This document shows positions 41,822 through 58,125 of a stretch of 64,000 nucleotides of DNA, one piece after another. The stretch is from Octopus sinensis. Its lineage: Eukaryota. The position numbers and the translations under genes were made by a program. A model generated the notes under the pieces. That model was given only the letters and a program-made list of their open reading frames with translations. It searched no databases and was not told the origin of the DNA. Where the stretch lies: contig NW_021832533.1 in the NCBI RefSeq assembly GCF_006345805.1, forward strand, positions 1 to 64,000. The letters run 5' to 3'. The number at the start of each line of letters is the position of its first letter. The stretch's first letter is position 1.

Positions 41822-43439
41822 TATTATTATTATTTGCAACATACGTAGAATCATATTAGTTATAATTTTACTCGTGCAGCATTAAAAACAATCCTTTGAA
41901 CCAGCCTCCTCCAACCTCCTCTGTCGTGAGCGAGTTTCCTCAGCTCGTCCAGATCCTCACCACTCCTTAGCCTTTTCTTCACACATTTCAGGTCTCCGTC
42001 AAGTGTTTCCGGCAGCGTAACACGTGGACGTCCACGGAAGCTCGATCCCTCTTTCAGGAAGTAGCCCTCCATTGCTATGTTAGCTGGGGCAAGCATGTCC
42101 ATTCGTAGAATATGGCCAAATAACCTCCACCGCATATTGACGATTTCCACACTCAGAGGGCCAGTTCTGCATCTATTGTATAGCGATTCCTGGTTGATTC
42201 TTATAGGCCAGTTCAATCCCAGTAGGGATCTAAGTTGCCTGCGGTGAAAAGAATCGAGTCCACGTTGTTCAGTACTAGACATTCCCCAGGTCGCCGAATT
42301 ATATGTCAGGATTGGTTTGACAAAGGCTTCATACATCCTCAGACGAAGTGACGTACAGAGTCGTCGTTTGCCGATCCACTCTTTCTTTATCTTGTTCATC
42401 GTGGCCCAAGCGAGAGCCTTTCTTCTGACAATATCATGGCCGTCCCCAAGTAGAGAACCGAGTTTGTTCGTTTTGCGCCAGGCTTCACTTGAGCTGCTCT
42501 CCATCCTCATGATTTCAACGATGTCGGTTTTTCCAACGTTCATTTTAAGGAACCATCTGTTCAGCTCAGCAGGTGCCACTTCAAGGAGTCGAAGTAAGGC
42601 CGATTTGTCGTCTGACACGAAGTCGACGTCATCTGCATATACAATTTCGACGATATTGCCAGCATAGAATTTTCGAAGGTCTCGTAGTGCCGTCTCCAGA
42701 TAGATCACGAATAGCAACGGCGAGAGGGCGTCTCCCTGAGGGGTACCGACGTTGCACGTGAATTCACGGGAAAACGCCGTGCCGACCCGCACCTTGAGCT
42801 TTGTGTTCGATAGTAGTACTCTTATCATATTGACAGAGTCAGGGTCCAGGAATTGTTCCAGTATTTTGAGGAGTAGACCACGGCGTACCGTGTCAAAGGC
42901 CCTAGACAGGTCTATTCCCAGGACTGTTGTTGCACTTTTGTATCTCTGGGTGATAGCGCAGTACCACTTGTGGGCCCAGACAGCATCGGCGGTGGATCTT
43001 CCTGTCCTAAATCCACTATGACTCGGGGATAGATAGTTGTCCACTTGTTTCTTATTCGGTTCAGTGTAACTAATCCCAAAAGTTTCCGTAAGGTGTTTAG
43101 CAAGATTATAGGGCGTAGATTTTCGACAGGCCCAGCCTGCTTGTTAGGCTTTTGGATCGGTATTAATAATCCGGAATCAAGACCGAGGAATTCCTTTTTC
43201 ATAAACATACCATTGAGTAGCTCCGCCAGTTTGTCTGTTAGTGCAGGCGGTCCGTATTTAAACAGTTCTGAATTTATTCCATCCGGTCCAGAGGAGCGGC
43301 CATTTTTAAGTTTGGCTATTGCAGTTGATACTTCACCGGTGGTGATAGGTAGGCTGAGATGAGTGGTGTATCCGCTGGTGTAATCGGATATTTCTCCGTG
43401 AGCGGTTAATATACGTGAGCGGTTAATATACGTGAGCGG
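41822..43439 (-). mobile_element. 5'-truncated RTE LINE, young
   Basis: RT ORF (GIDLSRAFD, PQGDALSP, VYADD) with one frameshift near 43045; (TAA)n tail; 15-bp TSD TTAAATATTGAATAT (41807-41821, 43440-43454). Confidence 0.92.
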
Positions 43440-44049
43440 TTAAATATTGAATATAGCAATTTATATATGGAAGAGTGTAGATTAATCAATTATTCTAATT
43501 TAAAATTACATTTGAATTATCTTTTAAAAATGGCTTACCCAAAAGTATATTAATTTTAACAGCGTGGTTTTCTCACACTTTTTGATGTCTGGTTTTAAGG
43601 GTTACGTCAGAAATATTAACGCATACAATCAAATTAAGGAAGCGTTAATATGGATATTTCCGGAGGATATGAATGCCTGAAGCAAACGCCGGTTGGACGA
43701 AAAGCTTCCAATTTTTGTGAAAAAATGATAAGTATTAATCTTTTTTAATTTAAAGACTTTATTTGAAAGGGAAAATGGAAAATTAGTCATTCCTTTGGAC
43801 TGTCTAGCAGAGATGGAGACCCATGCTCGTTCTCTACATTTGATGTCTCACGGAGGCGTCAACAAGATTGAATTTCTCTGTCGCCGTCATTACTTCATCG
43901 TGAAAAGTAATGTCGTAAGAAAAGTCGGTACTTTTGTAGTAGTCTACAGCCACTTTTTAGCGTGTTTCAAAATAATACTATTTTTTTTAATTAATTACTA
44001 TAAAAAATTTTTATCTAAATGGTCCCTGTCAGATTCTACAATCCGACAA

Positions 44050-44310
44050 TGGGACAGAATTTAAAAATAATGAGATTCGAGTACTTTGCGAGAGGTTCAA
44101 AATTCAACATATCCACTTATCTTATGGAATACATTATTTTGTAGGGTATAGTCGAACGTTTTAACCAGACAATTACGAGATCAATAGCGAAGTTGAAGTG
44201 CCCTAATGAAAATAAATGGGTCTCCATTTTCGAATATTCGGTGTATTGCTACAATACAACGATGCATTCGTTTTCGAATGAGACCCCATTCAAGCGTTAT
44301 CGAGAAAAAT
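44050..44310 (+). pseudogene. Gypsy-type integrase relic
   Basis: GIVERFNQTI...YCYNTTMHS...TPF motif series. Confidence 0.55.
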
Positions 44311-44492
44311 TAGTTAAATTTGTTTTATCAAATCTATGGCTCCCGGATAACTAAAAAAATAGCCCCAAATAACCTACCAATTATACATACGTTTTTAAAA
44401 AATTTTTATTGGTGGAAATCTAAAAATTATGTTTTATTAATTGATAATTTAAAACTTTTTGCTATGGAGTAGGAAACGTGAAAAATGTAGAA

Positions 44493-44911
44493 CAGAGCTT
44501 TTCAAAAAATAATTCTCGCGGCACACTAATCTTAAAAAAATAATACACGGCACACATTAAAAATAAAAAAATAAATTTTTAAGATATGTAAAACTAAGTA
44601 CAAAAATTGATAATTTAATGCCCAAATTTTTATTAATAATGAAAATTAAATTTAATTATTATTGTTGTTGCATATATCATCGCTATCAGGTCGAATGGTT
44701 GACAAGGCCGAATAGAAAATGGTCGAATAGAAAATGAGACACTTTTTTCAATATTCTCCGACAAAGCACAAATCCGACGAGAAACAGTGTTATCTGACAA
44801 AGGTATCTTCATTATTTTTTGTTCATATTTATGACTAAACATTAGTTTGAGCAATAATACGACAAGCAGGGATTATCAAGTTTTCGCCAATTTTGTAAGG
44901 TTTTAGTTGTT
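44493..44911 (-). mobile_element. One-ended hAT fragment
   Basis: CAGAGCTTTTCAAA..CGCGGCACAC end; IPLSDNTVSRRI fragment; TGTAGAA duplicated relative to the empty site at 39736. Confidence 0.65.
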
Positions 44912-45619
44912 TTGTAGAATGTGAATATTTACTTTAGACTAATTGGATTAGTGAATCATTTTGAGAAATCAGCAAAAAATTTTTATTTATTAAGGAATAG
45001 TGCTCCATTAGATGATGGACTAAATAGCCATCGTTATTTGGAAGTTATAGAAGGCGGATGCAGTAGAGAATTTAAATTGGATTTACTTCAATATAATCTA
45101 CTAATTTAAGTTTTTTTTAGAACCTTCTAAAACATTTAGATTCTAGGGGGGAGGATGTATACATATGATGTGCTTGTCATTGACTTATCATTATATAAGT
45201 TCACAAATTTTATTATTGGCGATATCTTATAAATAATATTAAGTTAGCCAATTTTTGTTTAATTTATAAATAATTGTGATTTATTTACGGACTTGATAGA
45301 AGTGTCCCGTTATTGGTCCAAAATGCTCGAGAGGTGAAATATTTGTACATCCAGGATTAAAAAATATTGTTTTCAATACGCCTCGAAATATACGTGCAAA
45401 GTAATATTGGATCACATTAAACAAACGCCCCCAAATTTACACATATTAAACAAACGCCCCAAATTTACACATATTAAACAAACGCCCCTAAATTTACACA
45501 TATTAAACAAACGCCCCTAAATTTATACATGTCAAACATTCGACGAAAACATTAAAATAATGTAAAACTAAAAATCAAATTTATAAATAAATACTATACT
45601 TTAGAAACAAGTATGTGAT

Positions 45620-45688
45620 AGGGTTCGGGTTAGGGTTAGCGTTAGGGTTAGCGTTAGGGTTAGGGTTAAGGGTTAGGGTTAGGGTTAG
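45620..45688 (+). repeat. Interstitial telomere-like (GGGTTA)n, about 11 units with variants
   Basis: gggttc gggtta gggtta gcgtta ... read directly. Confidence 0.9.
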
Positions 45689-45696
45689 TCAATATA

Positions 45697-46795
45697 ACAC
45701 ATATTAAACAAACGCCCCTAACTTTACACATATTAAATACAAACGCCCCTAACTTCACACATATTAAATAAACGCCCCTAACTTCACACATATTAAATAA
45801 ACGCCCCTAACTTCACACATATTAAATAAACGCCCCTAACTTCACACATATTAAATAAACGCCCCTAACTTCACACATATTAAATAAACGCCCCTAACTT
45901 TACACATATTAAACAAACGCCCCTAACTTTACACATATTAAACAAACGCCTCTAACTTCACACATATTAAATAAACGCCCCTAACTTTACACATATTAAA
46001 CAAACGCCTCTAACTTCACACATATTAAATAAACGCCCCTAACTTTACACATATTAAACAAACGCCCCTAACTTCACACATATTAAATAAACGCCCCTAA
46101 CTTTACACATATTAAACAAACGCCTCTAACTTCACACATATTAAATAAACGCCCCTAACTTTACACATATTAAATAAACGCCCCTAACTTTACACATATT
46201 AAACAAACGCCCCTAACTTCACACATATTAAACAAACGCCTCTAACTTCACACATATTAAATAAACGCCCCTAACTTCACACATATTAAATAAACGCCCC
46301 TAACTTTACACATATTAAACAAACGCCCCTAACTTCACACATATTAAACAAACGCCTCTAACTTCACACATATTAAATAAACGCCCCTAACTTCACACAT
46401 ATTAAATAAACGCCCTTAACTTTACACATATTAAACAAACGCCCCTAACTTCACACATATTAAACAAACGCCTCTAACTTCACACATATTAAATAAACGC
46501 CCCTAACTTCACACATATTAAATAAACGCCCTTAACTTTACACATATTAAACAAACGCCCCTAACTTCACACATATTAAACAAACGCCTCTAACTTCACA
46601 CATATTAAATAAACGCCTCTAACTTCACACATATTAAATAAACGCCCCTAACTTCACACATATTAAATAAACGCCCTTAACTTTACACATATTAAACAAA
46701 CGCCCCTAACTTCACACATATTAAACAAACGCCTCTAACTTCACACATATTAAATAAACGCCCCTAACTTTACACATATTAAACAAACGCCCCTG
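45697..46795 (+). repeat. 30-bp tandem array, about 36 units
   Basis: Unit CACATATTAAA(C/T)AAACGCC(C/T)CTAACTT(T/C)A; no spacers. Confidence 0.95.
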
Positions 46796-46911
46796 GGGGC
46801 GTTTGTTTTATGTGATCCGTAATATATATTAACAAAAAACAGTTTAATAAATATATCAATTTAATGTCTAACCAATGAGTTATTCACAATAAAATATGAC
46901 CTGAAATTATA

Positions 46912-47710
46912 ATGGTGACACTTGTCCTATTTTTTGTTTGCTTTGTGATACAAAAAGACTGTGACTTAACAGAAGGGTTTTTTAAGAATTGCTTAATTTA
47001 AATTAGGTCTTTGTTTGACTGTAATTACAATACAGAATATGTTGCGGGATGTATAATGCTTTCAATTGTAGATGGCGTTAAATTTCCTAATGGAGAAGTA
47101 TTCTCCAATCTAGAAGATTTGAGAAATTTGTAATCAATATTTCTTTAATATTAGTGAGTGTAATGGAAACTCGCTAGAGAGAATTTCAAAGGACTCATTT
47201 GGTGTGTTGGATAAATTATCCTATATGTATATTTAAATATTTCGAATTATTAGAAATCTGTATGACTGTAATAAACTTCGTTACGTGAATGTAGATAGTT
47301 TTGCACGTCTAGCCGCATTATCACATCTGTACAAATCTTATTCTAACATTAAAGTCACATGCCATCAAAAACCGTCTTTCAGTCGCCAAAAATCAGTCGT
47401 CGTGTCAGGCTTTAGTATTTTAAATTACTGACTGTGTAGTTTTTATAAAGACCAGAAAATGTGCATGTTCAGAAACGGGTCCCAACCCACACTGTATACT
47501 TTGTTATTCTCATATAAGAATTACGACAGTGATGAATAAACCAAAAATCTTATTAGCCGACAACAGTGCGGAAATAAAATTAGATCAAAATCAAGAGACA
47601 ACATTAATCTTTGAAGAAGCATTTGGTGTGTTTGTATACTCACATTAGATTGCAACTTCTGTGACCACCCGATCCCCAATAATATGATCTGCACAAGTGA
47701 ATGTAACTAA
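46912..47710 (+). pseudogene. Secreted LRR family copy D (1-nt deletion in exon 5, otherwise open)
   Basis: Same exon plan; TCAAAACCGTC versus TCAAATACTAT in A and C at about 47366 shifts the frame. Confidence 0.8.
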
Positions 47711-48403
47711 AAAAATATTTTGACGGTATTCATTAACTAACCTAATTATTTATTCTGATATTTCTTGTTTGCACTTTTCTATATTATTACATGCACTAGT
47801 CAGAATTAAAGGCAAACTTGCACAAGTGATTGCAAGTTGCTATTAACTTCATTTAAGTGGTATTGCTTAAACACATTTTTGGAAAGGGTCACCGGTGACC
47901 AATCCGAGTACCGGTATCCTGCCAAAAGACTACGGCCGCGAGGATAGATGAGTGTTGCCGTTGACCTGACCCTTAGCCTTTTGACTACTTTCCTGGCAAC
48001 CATCTAATTTTGTTTTTGTTTTTCACTCAAAATTCGAATATTACTTTTTAACTAACCTAATTATTTATTTTAATATTTTCAAAGATTCATGATCTCTAAA
48101 TGATATTGGTTTTTGTGGTTAGACGGCAATGACTGTGATTCTACTTAGCACTTTGGTATTCCCGATTGTTTTCCATTTGAAAACTGACACAATTGACATT
48201 TTTAATTATGACGGACTTTCCTGCGGCGGTCTATGATGTCCAATTAATTGTCACCGACTTATTTAAAAATATATAATCCAATAAATAGAAATTAATTCAA
48301 TTTGAAATACGTCTAATGTGGTCTTGCACAACATTAATTGCAAATTTTCTTATATTAGGGCAAATCTTTGACTTACAAACTAAGCATCTATGAGACCAAT
48401 TAA

Positions 48404-48660
48404 ATGTGCAATATTGCATTGGAACCCGATTTTCTTCTTTTTTGCTGCTCCCTTTTTGGCTATTCTTTGCCTTTCCATTTGGAGTATTTTTTCTTCTTCG
48501 TTGATTATGTAATTGAGGGGGTTTTTTGGTGGTATATTTGGTCTCTCTGTTGCTTTGATTTATTAATTTATTTATATAATTTAATTTTAAATAAAAATTT
48601 TAATTCATATTTAATTAAAATAAATTTAATTATTCTAAAAAAAGTTTATTCAATTTTCAT
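48404..48660 (-). pseudogene. Truncated duplicate of the CCDC65 5' end and upstream region
   Basis: PPKKPLNYIINEEEKILQMERQRIA; start ATG changed to ATA; matches 39350-39590. Confidence 0.8.
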
Positions 48661-48719
48661 TACTTGAAATTTTTTTATTATACAATTATTATTTAAATAT
48701 TAGTTAAATTAAATTGTTA

Positions 48720-49968
48720 TTATTGATTAAAATAAATTATATTTTTCATTCCAATACCACGGGACATGTTATCAAATGCGACTTGAAAATCGTCAAAATG
48801 AATTCGATGCGTAATCAAAGAATTGACGTCCACTTTTTTAGTTTTTATCAAATCTATGGCTTCCGGATAACTAAAAAAATAACCCAAAATACCCCACCAA
48901 TTATACGTCTTTAAAAAACCACGAACATCCATATTTTTAAAAACAATATTCTGACAGGACGTAGTCCCCTCATTAAGTCCCACCAGCACCAACACCCCGC
49001 CAGGAACCGCAGCCTTAAAATCCACGGAAATCACCTTACACCAACAAGACTATCAATATTTGAACTAATTCCACAACAGTCGAGACACACATCTGCCATA
49101 TCCCCCAATTCATTAATAATATTGTCCGAGATCACCCCAGGACTGTCACCCTCCCCAACTAGTACCCCACAATCCGCCCCATTTTTGAGAGCAAAATCAA
49201 TCCTTTCTTGGAGAATGTCTGTAGGCTTGTTACTGAGGGTACCCTACCAGTCACACAAATTCTCGAGACTCCACTAGCCTTAAGAACCATCAAACACAAG
49301 CTTCCAATCGCCCCTGGATGTGTTGTTATAATATTAAGACACCTGTTCCGCCAATTACTACTTTTTTTCCTAATAAATTTCCTGCTCTTTTGCATATTCC
49401 TACTGCGACGGAAAGAGGTTGGACCATTGCTGCTTCATCGAAAGACATAGAGTCAGGAATTCTTGTTTTTTAGTTATTTTTTGATGTACTTATAACAGGA
49501 GGTCGCCTGCTGTATGTGGAACTCGGTTATGGCTCCGTGAGTGTCGATTGCACTCAAATATGCAAGATTAGAACACATATTTCCCTTTCCTTGTTTACAA
49601 AATGGACATTTTTTGCACGTTTCTAATGGCTCGATAGCAACTCGGTCACCAAAAAATATTTTTATGAATTTTACCGGGTTTAATATTTGTGACCTTCTCA
49701 CCGACTTGGACCACCACCCCTGAAGGCTCGTGTCCTAGTCTGATTGGAAGAATTGTCTTGGCGGAACCAAAGTGGACTTTATTTAGAAGCAAAATGTCAG
49801 TTCCGCATATCCCCACTGAACAGATTTGGATTTTTGCATCTGAAATAAAAATTGTTTTTTTACCATAATCTTTTAATTTTGGAATTGGTTCATGTTTCTA
49901 AAATATTTTAATATTAAGGGGACAATTCGGAGGTCATTCGGTCCGTAGAGATAAACACCTTTTGACAT
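48720..49968 (-). CDS. SORD: Sorbitol dehydrogenase-like Zn-dependent medium-chain dehydrogenase
   Basis: LYGPNDLRI, VGICGTD, LGHEPSG, GDRVAIEP, C..C..C...C cluster, GAIG, LITHR; several 22-36-nt introns; substrate not established. Confidence 0.8.
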
Positions 49969-50549
49969 TTTTATTTTCGAATAAAAAACGCAAAAAACGA
50001 CTTTTATTACTTATTAACCACTCCTTAACCACTCCTTAACCACTCCCTTAAAAATTCAGGTTTGCGGTTTTTAAAAATGTCGTTAAAATTATTATGTGTG
50101 CTATTTGGTTAATAAAAAATCAAGATAAAAAAATTTGTGTATTTTTTATATTTGTTTCTAAACTGAGAACCTATGGGTGTCGCGAGATTTTTGGCTAGCC
50201 TTGCGAATAGAAAAGCCATTCCCACGGATCACGGCGATAGAGAGATGTTCCAAGAGTCAGGATGACTTTTGGAATCGTCGGAACCGGAGTGTCTTGGGGC
50301 CGAAGATGTCGAAGACTACAAACAATTAGGGTAAAAAGAGCGAATTCTAGAAGTGGCCGTACTTTAGAGCCTTCAAACGCCACAGAATCGACAGCAGATA
50401 AGGCGAGATTTTTGCGCGAGAACGTGTTATGACTCTTCTTCTTATTGCAATCGCAGTTTTCTGTTATTTTCATTTTAATATTTAATGGCTACTGCTTGGA
50501 ATAATATGTCAAAGGCGCTTGACATTCCCAATCGTTACAGGTTATGCTT

Positions 50550-50800
50550 TCTAGGTGGGATTTTCCTGCTCGTAAAAAATGGTCATACCGTCTCCTCTAT
50601 CCAGCCCAAACGACTCGAGGATTGACATGACACCCGCGAAAGCAAGGAAACTCTGAATAATTGTGCTGAGTTCACTATGACGAGGGCAAGACCAGCACTC
50701 CGACGGCAAACGACAGTTCCCCCACAGCGGCATTTGTGCGCTTGACAGATCTTCAGTCCGACACGGAGAGAGACTGAGATCTCGTCCCACTGTCACTGAA
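50550..50800 (-). pseudogene. Relic of a CRE-like endonuclease domain
   Basis: RHSELSTII...AGVMSILESFGLDRGDG resembles 19930-20040. Confidence 0.5.
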
Positions 50801-50948
50801 TAAATGGAGAATTGGGCAGAGTAATTTCAGACAATTTCCGATCGGGATCGTGTAAAGGATATGGGGGCGGAAAAGTAGTTTTGGAGAAGGAATTTAAATA
50901 TTAAAATATAAATAAAATTTATTTGTTTAAATAAAAAAAATATTAATC

Positions 50949-51312
50949 ATGGTGAGGAAAAACGTGTATCTTCGCAAGCTTCAAAGATCTGCAAAATCAT
51001 CAAAAACTAAAATAATAAAAAATTCTAAAGTAAAAAAGAATAATAATAAAAAATTCAAAGTTTGAAAATAACGATTCCGACGACGACAAAACGTGTTATA
51101 CATTTGACGACACATCAACAGTAATCACAAACAAATCACTCAAACAGTCGGGCCTCGACAAGAAAGGACGACGCAAATTAAAAGGCAGGTTATGGCGACA
51201 AAGTAAAGGCAGTGATAAGTCAATCCAGAAATTGAGTCGAAGGACGACCAGACTTGTATGGACATTGACTTGCCATTCCAAAGTCCTTCCGACAAAATTG
51301 ACAAATTTCTGA
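50949..51312 (+). CDS. Hypothetical small Lys/Arg-rich protein
   Basis: MVRKNVYLRKLQRS... joins the downstream frame through a candidate 31-nt intron; no homolog recognised. Confidence 0.3.
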
Positions 51313-51569
51313 GTTCAAATAAGTCGAAAAAGTTTGAAAAAATTATTATTTTATTATAGACAAAATAAATCTGTCGAATCTGCCAAAATACGACGAGAAA
51401 AACAGTTTTTATCAAATTTATTATTTCTTAGAATAAACGATTTAAAACAGCTGAAAAATTTATTTAAAAATTAACATTTTTTTAAAACTTTTCGATACTT
51501 TTATGACATTTTAGGACGATTTTAAGACAAATTATATAAAAAGGTCAAAGAGAAATTAAAAAGTGGGTT

Positions 51570-51788
51570 TTATTGGTCAATGTGGGCGTGGTAGGAAAAG
51601 TCTTCTAAATATTCCTCAAGTTTGGAGTTAACGAAAGGGAGGGACCCTTTGGAAATAAACACGTGGGTTTGATCCAAGACATTTAGAATAAATTTATTAG
51701 AAGAGGAACAGTCGTCGTCAATTTTCATTAAGAGTTGCTTTATGTGTGGATCACATTCTATTAGATTCCCTTTCGATGTAAACACCAT
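51570..51788 (-). CDS. GTF2H5: TFB5 copy 2
   Basis: Differs from copy 1 by I19L at protein level. Confidence 0.9.
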   Translation of the reverse strand: MVFTSKGNLIECDPHIKQLLMKIDDDCSSSNKFILNVLDQTHVFISKGSLPFVNSKLEEYLEDFSYHAHIDQ

Positions 51789-52126
51789 ATGTCACAACTA
51801 GAATCAAAATTAATTATTTTATTTTTTATTTAAAAAAAGTAATAAAATTAAGTAATATTTAATAGAGTTCTTTTTTTATCAGTCTCTAATTAAAACATGA
51901 TTTTTTTTTAGTATTTTTAATATATGTTAATTAAAAATTGTATAGGTAAATAAATTAATATTTATTTTAAATAAAATAATTATTCAAAAAATTAATAGTA
52001 TCTTAAATCAATCGTGTGTTGTGGTGATTTAGAAATAAGTCACATTTATTAGATTAAATGGAATTTAAAAACACAGGATATGTGCTTCAAGGATCAGACC
52101 CTAATGAGGTCGGCGGTCTAATAATA

Positions 52127-55474
<3,348 letters not shown>

Positions 55475-58125
55475 TTTGTTTTTTTAATAATGCTTTAATT
55501 TTGATTATTAGAACTTGGTCATTTATTTAAAAAATAGAGACTATTTTTATATTCGCAGTGTATAGCTTGTCTTTTTAATAAGTTTTATTTGTTAGTTTTT
55601 CGTAATAAAATGTAGATTGTTTTATTCTTGCCATTCCTGGCTAAAATAAATCTTGGACTGCTATTAACACAAATGATATTGGTTTACCTGCTTGGTTTTA
55701 ATGGGAATATTGTTCGACCTGCAGAAATTAGAACTGCGCGACTTTTCTTGAAAAAATCCTTTCTGGGTGGAAGATGCCGATTTGATATCATCTCTATCAG
55801 CGAAAATTCACTGGTTTAAAAAACCTTTTCAAAATGCTTCCGCTGTCAAGGCTATGGAAATATTGCTAAATTTTGTAAGAATCATGAAAGGTATGTCATT
55901 TGTGGAGAAGGGCACGTCCTTTGCAAAAGGAGTCCAAAAAGAAGTGTGTTTCCTGTGGTTTCAACGAGCACCTTGCCTGGTTTTCTGGGTGTACCAGTCT
56001 ATTGGAATATTTTGAAGGAAGGGCGCTATTGCAGGCACTGGAACATCAATTTTTTACATGAATAGCCTAGTGAAAAAAACTGTAGAATTTTTGAAGAAAT
56101 ACTTTGTGAACTTGTCAGTTTCGTGTTAAAAATGGCAATTGAATGGGTCTAGCAAATCATTCGAAATTGCTTCGAATCGAATAACTTTTTGATAATTGTC
56201 GGCGATATTAACTCCGAACACGTTGATTATGCCTGTAAACACACAAACATGGATGGGCAGACGATCTTCTTGAAAATGCGATTTTTCGGAGGCTATCTAG
56301 ATCAGCGGTTCTTAACCTTTTTCAAATTTTTGATAAATTGTACCCTTTAGGGTTAAAAATAAATCCCGCGTACCCCCTATAGATTTTTTTGCATATCATC
56401 TCCAACTTTCAATCGATTACAAGATTTATTTTTAATAAATGATAAACAAGACATTGTAGTTTCGCATAAGTATGTTGTTGGATAAGGAATTAAAGCAATC
56501 TACAAATAATTCATGTTTAAAAGACCTCATATGAAACCTCCATATATGGTTTTGCGGCCCGGGACAATACATATGATGTAAGGGTCCCGTGATCATCATA
56601 TTTAATGCGTTTTAATTGAAAAACTTCAAGACTATCTGTATTATCAGAGTGAGCCGAACGCTTGTGTCTCAATAAATTGGCAGGTTTTAATGAATTGTTT
56701 CCAAGTAAAGCATCGCATAACATACACTGCGCCTTATCCACATTGTCTGTTCAAAAAGATTTTATGAATCTATATTGGACACTAGCTCGGCAGCTCGCTT
56801 CGCTCACCGCGACCTAGCTCCTGCGGAGGGCCTGTTTCATCAAACAACTATAAGTTTATGTAGATGTATAAAACTACCTGGTTTAATGTAACCCTATTCT
56901 ATCGCCTGTTGATAAACGATGTTTGTCGTCCGTCCTTCCTTGGCATATATTAATAAATTTTCTCTTCTGCCTACCCTCGAGCATCCCACATACAGCTGTC
57001 CATGTGAAAAGCACTCACTCTCTAAAAATAACCCAACTACCTTTAATGACTGTCCCTGGGCCTTGTTTATTGTCATTGCAAAACTCATCCTCAAAGGAAA
57101 TTGCAGCCTTTTAAATCTAAATGGTAATTCATCAGAAATTATCGGAATTCGTGGAATATAAACATCCTCACCTCTATACTTACCTGTTAATATCGTCGCC
57201 TCTATTAAGTTAGCCATCAAATTTTTGATAACTAACCTCGTTCCGTTGCATAATTTAGGTGGCGCAAGATTTCGTAATAAAACCACTGGAACGCCTATCT
57301 TTAACTTTAAAAGATGATTCGGCATTCCAGAGGGATCTAAGGAGTTTAAAAATTCAATCCGGTTGAATTTTTAGAAAATAACAAAAAAATAAAGAAAAAC
57401 AAATAAAAATGAATTATTTAAAAACAAAAAAATAAAAAAAAACAAAAAAAAACTTTAAAAATTTGTAAAATAGTATAAACAAAAAAAATCTCTGCCGCCA
57501 CGGCAACAACCAGTCTAATTTTTTAACAGCCAATTAAGATAATGCTTAAGAGCCTTTATAGTCCGGAGATTTAGCTTAGTGACCTTGATTAGACAAACCA
57601 CTGGCGGAAATGGGGCAGCCGGAGATGCGGCAGGCAGAGTAGCAGCAGCCAAAAAAGCGACACACAAAAAAGATTTAATTAATTCATTAAGCTGACCGTT
57701 TTTTCTTCAGCTTCGTTTTTCCTCCTTCGGTTATCTATTTAAAAAATTATTTTTGAATAATAAAAAATATTAGGAAAAAAGAGGCATACAGAAAATAAAT
57801 TCTATCTTTACGAAAAACATCTTTTCTTAAGGTCGTCTTCCCTCCTTCGGTTATCTATTGAAAAAATTATTTTTGAATAATAAAAAAGTTTAGGAAAAGA
57901 GGCATACCGAAAATAAATTCTATCTTTACGAAAAACTTAACTAAATAGTTAATATTTTTACGCAAATTCTTCTGATTGCGCTGTCAATTGGTGGTAAATT
58001 GTGTTAATGATTGTGCTAATGTGGTTTCAACTATCAAAGTGTTTTTCAAAATCTGTTAATTGCACACTCTATTCAAGGCGTGCAATCTGTAATTGCACAT
58101 TCTGTCAAAGTCAAAAATGATAATA

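Larger units (their letters stand above)
45409..46818. mobile_element. TIR element filled with a 30-bp satellite and a TTAGGG tract
   Basis: 24-bp TIR GGATCACAT(T/A)AAACAAACGCCCCC; TSD GTAATAT(T/A); empty site at about 40226 and about 8100. Confidence 0.88.

Noticed and set aside
45697-46795. CRISPR-like array of 30-bp repeats
   Set aside because: Units are contiguous with no unique spacers, there are no cas genes, the context is eukaryotic, and the array is enclosed by TIRs
47806-48003. Possible FN3/WSxWS-like partner gene convergent on LRR copies (LRVRS...YSDWS), with related pieces at 22040-22600 and 41200-41500
   Set aside because: No consistent spliced model across copies; motif similarity is too short to support a call
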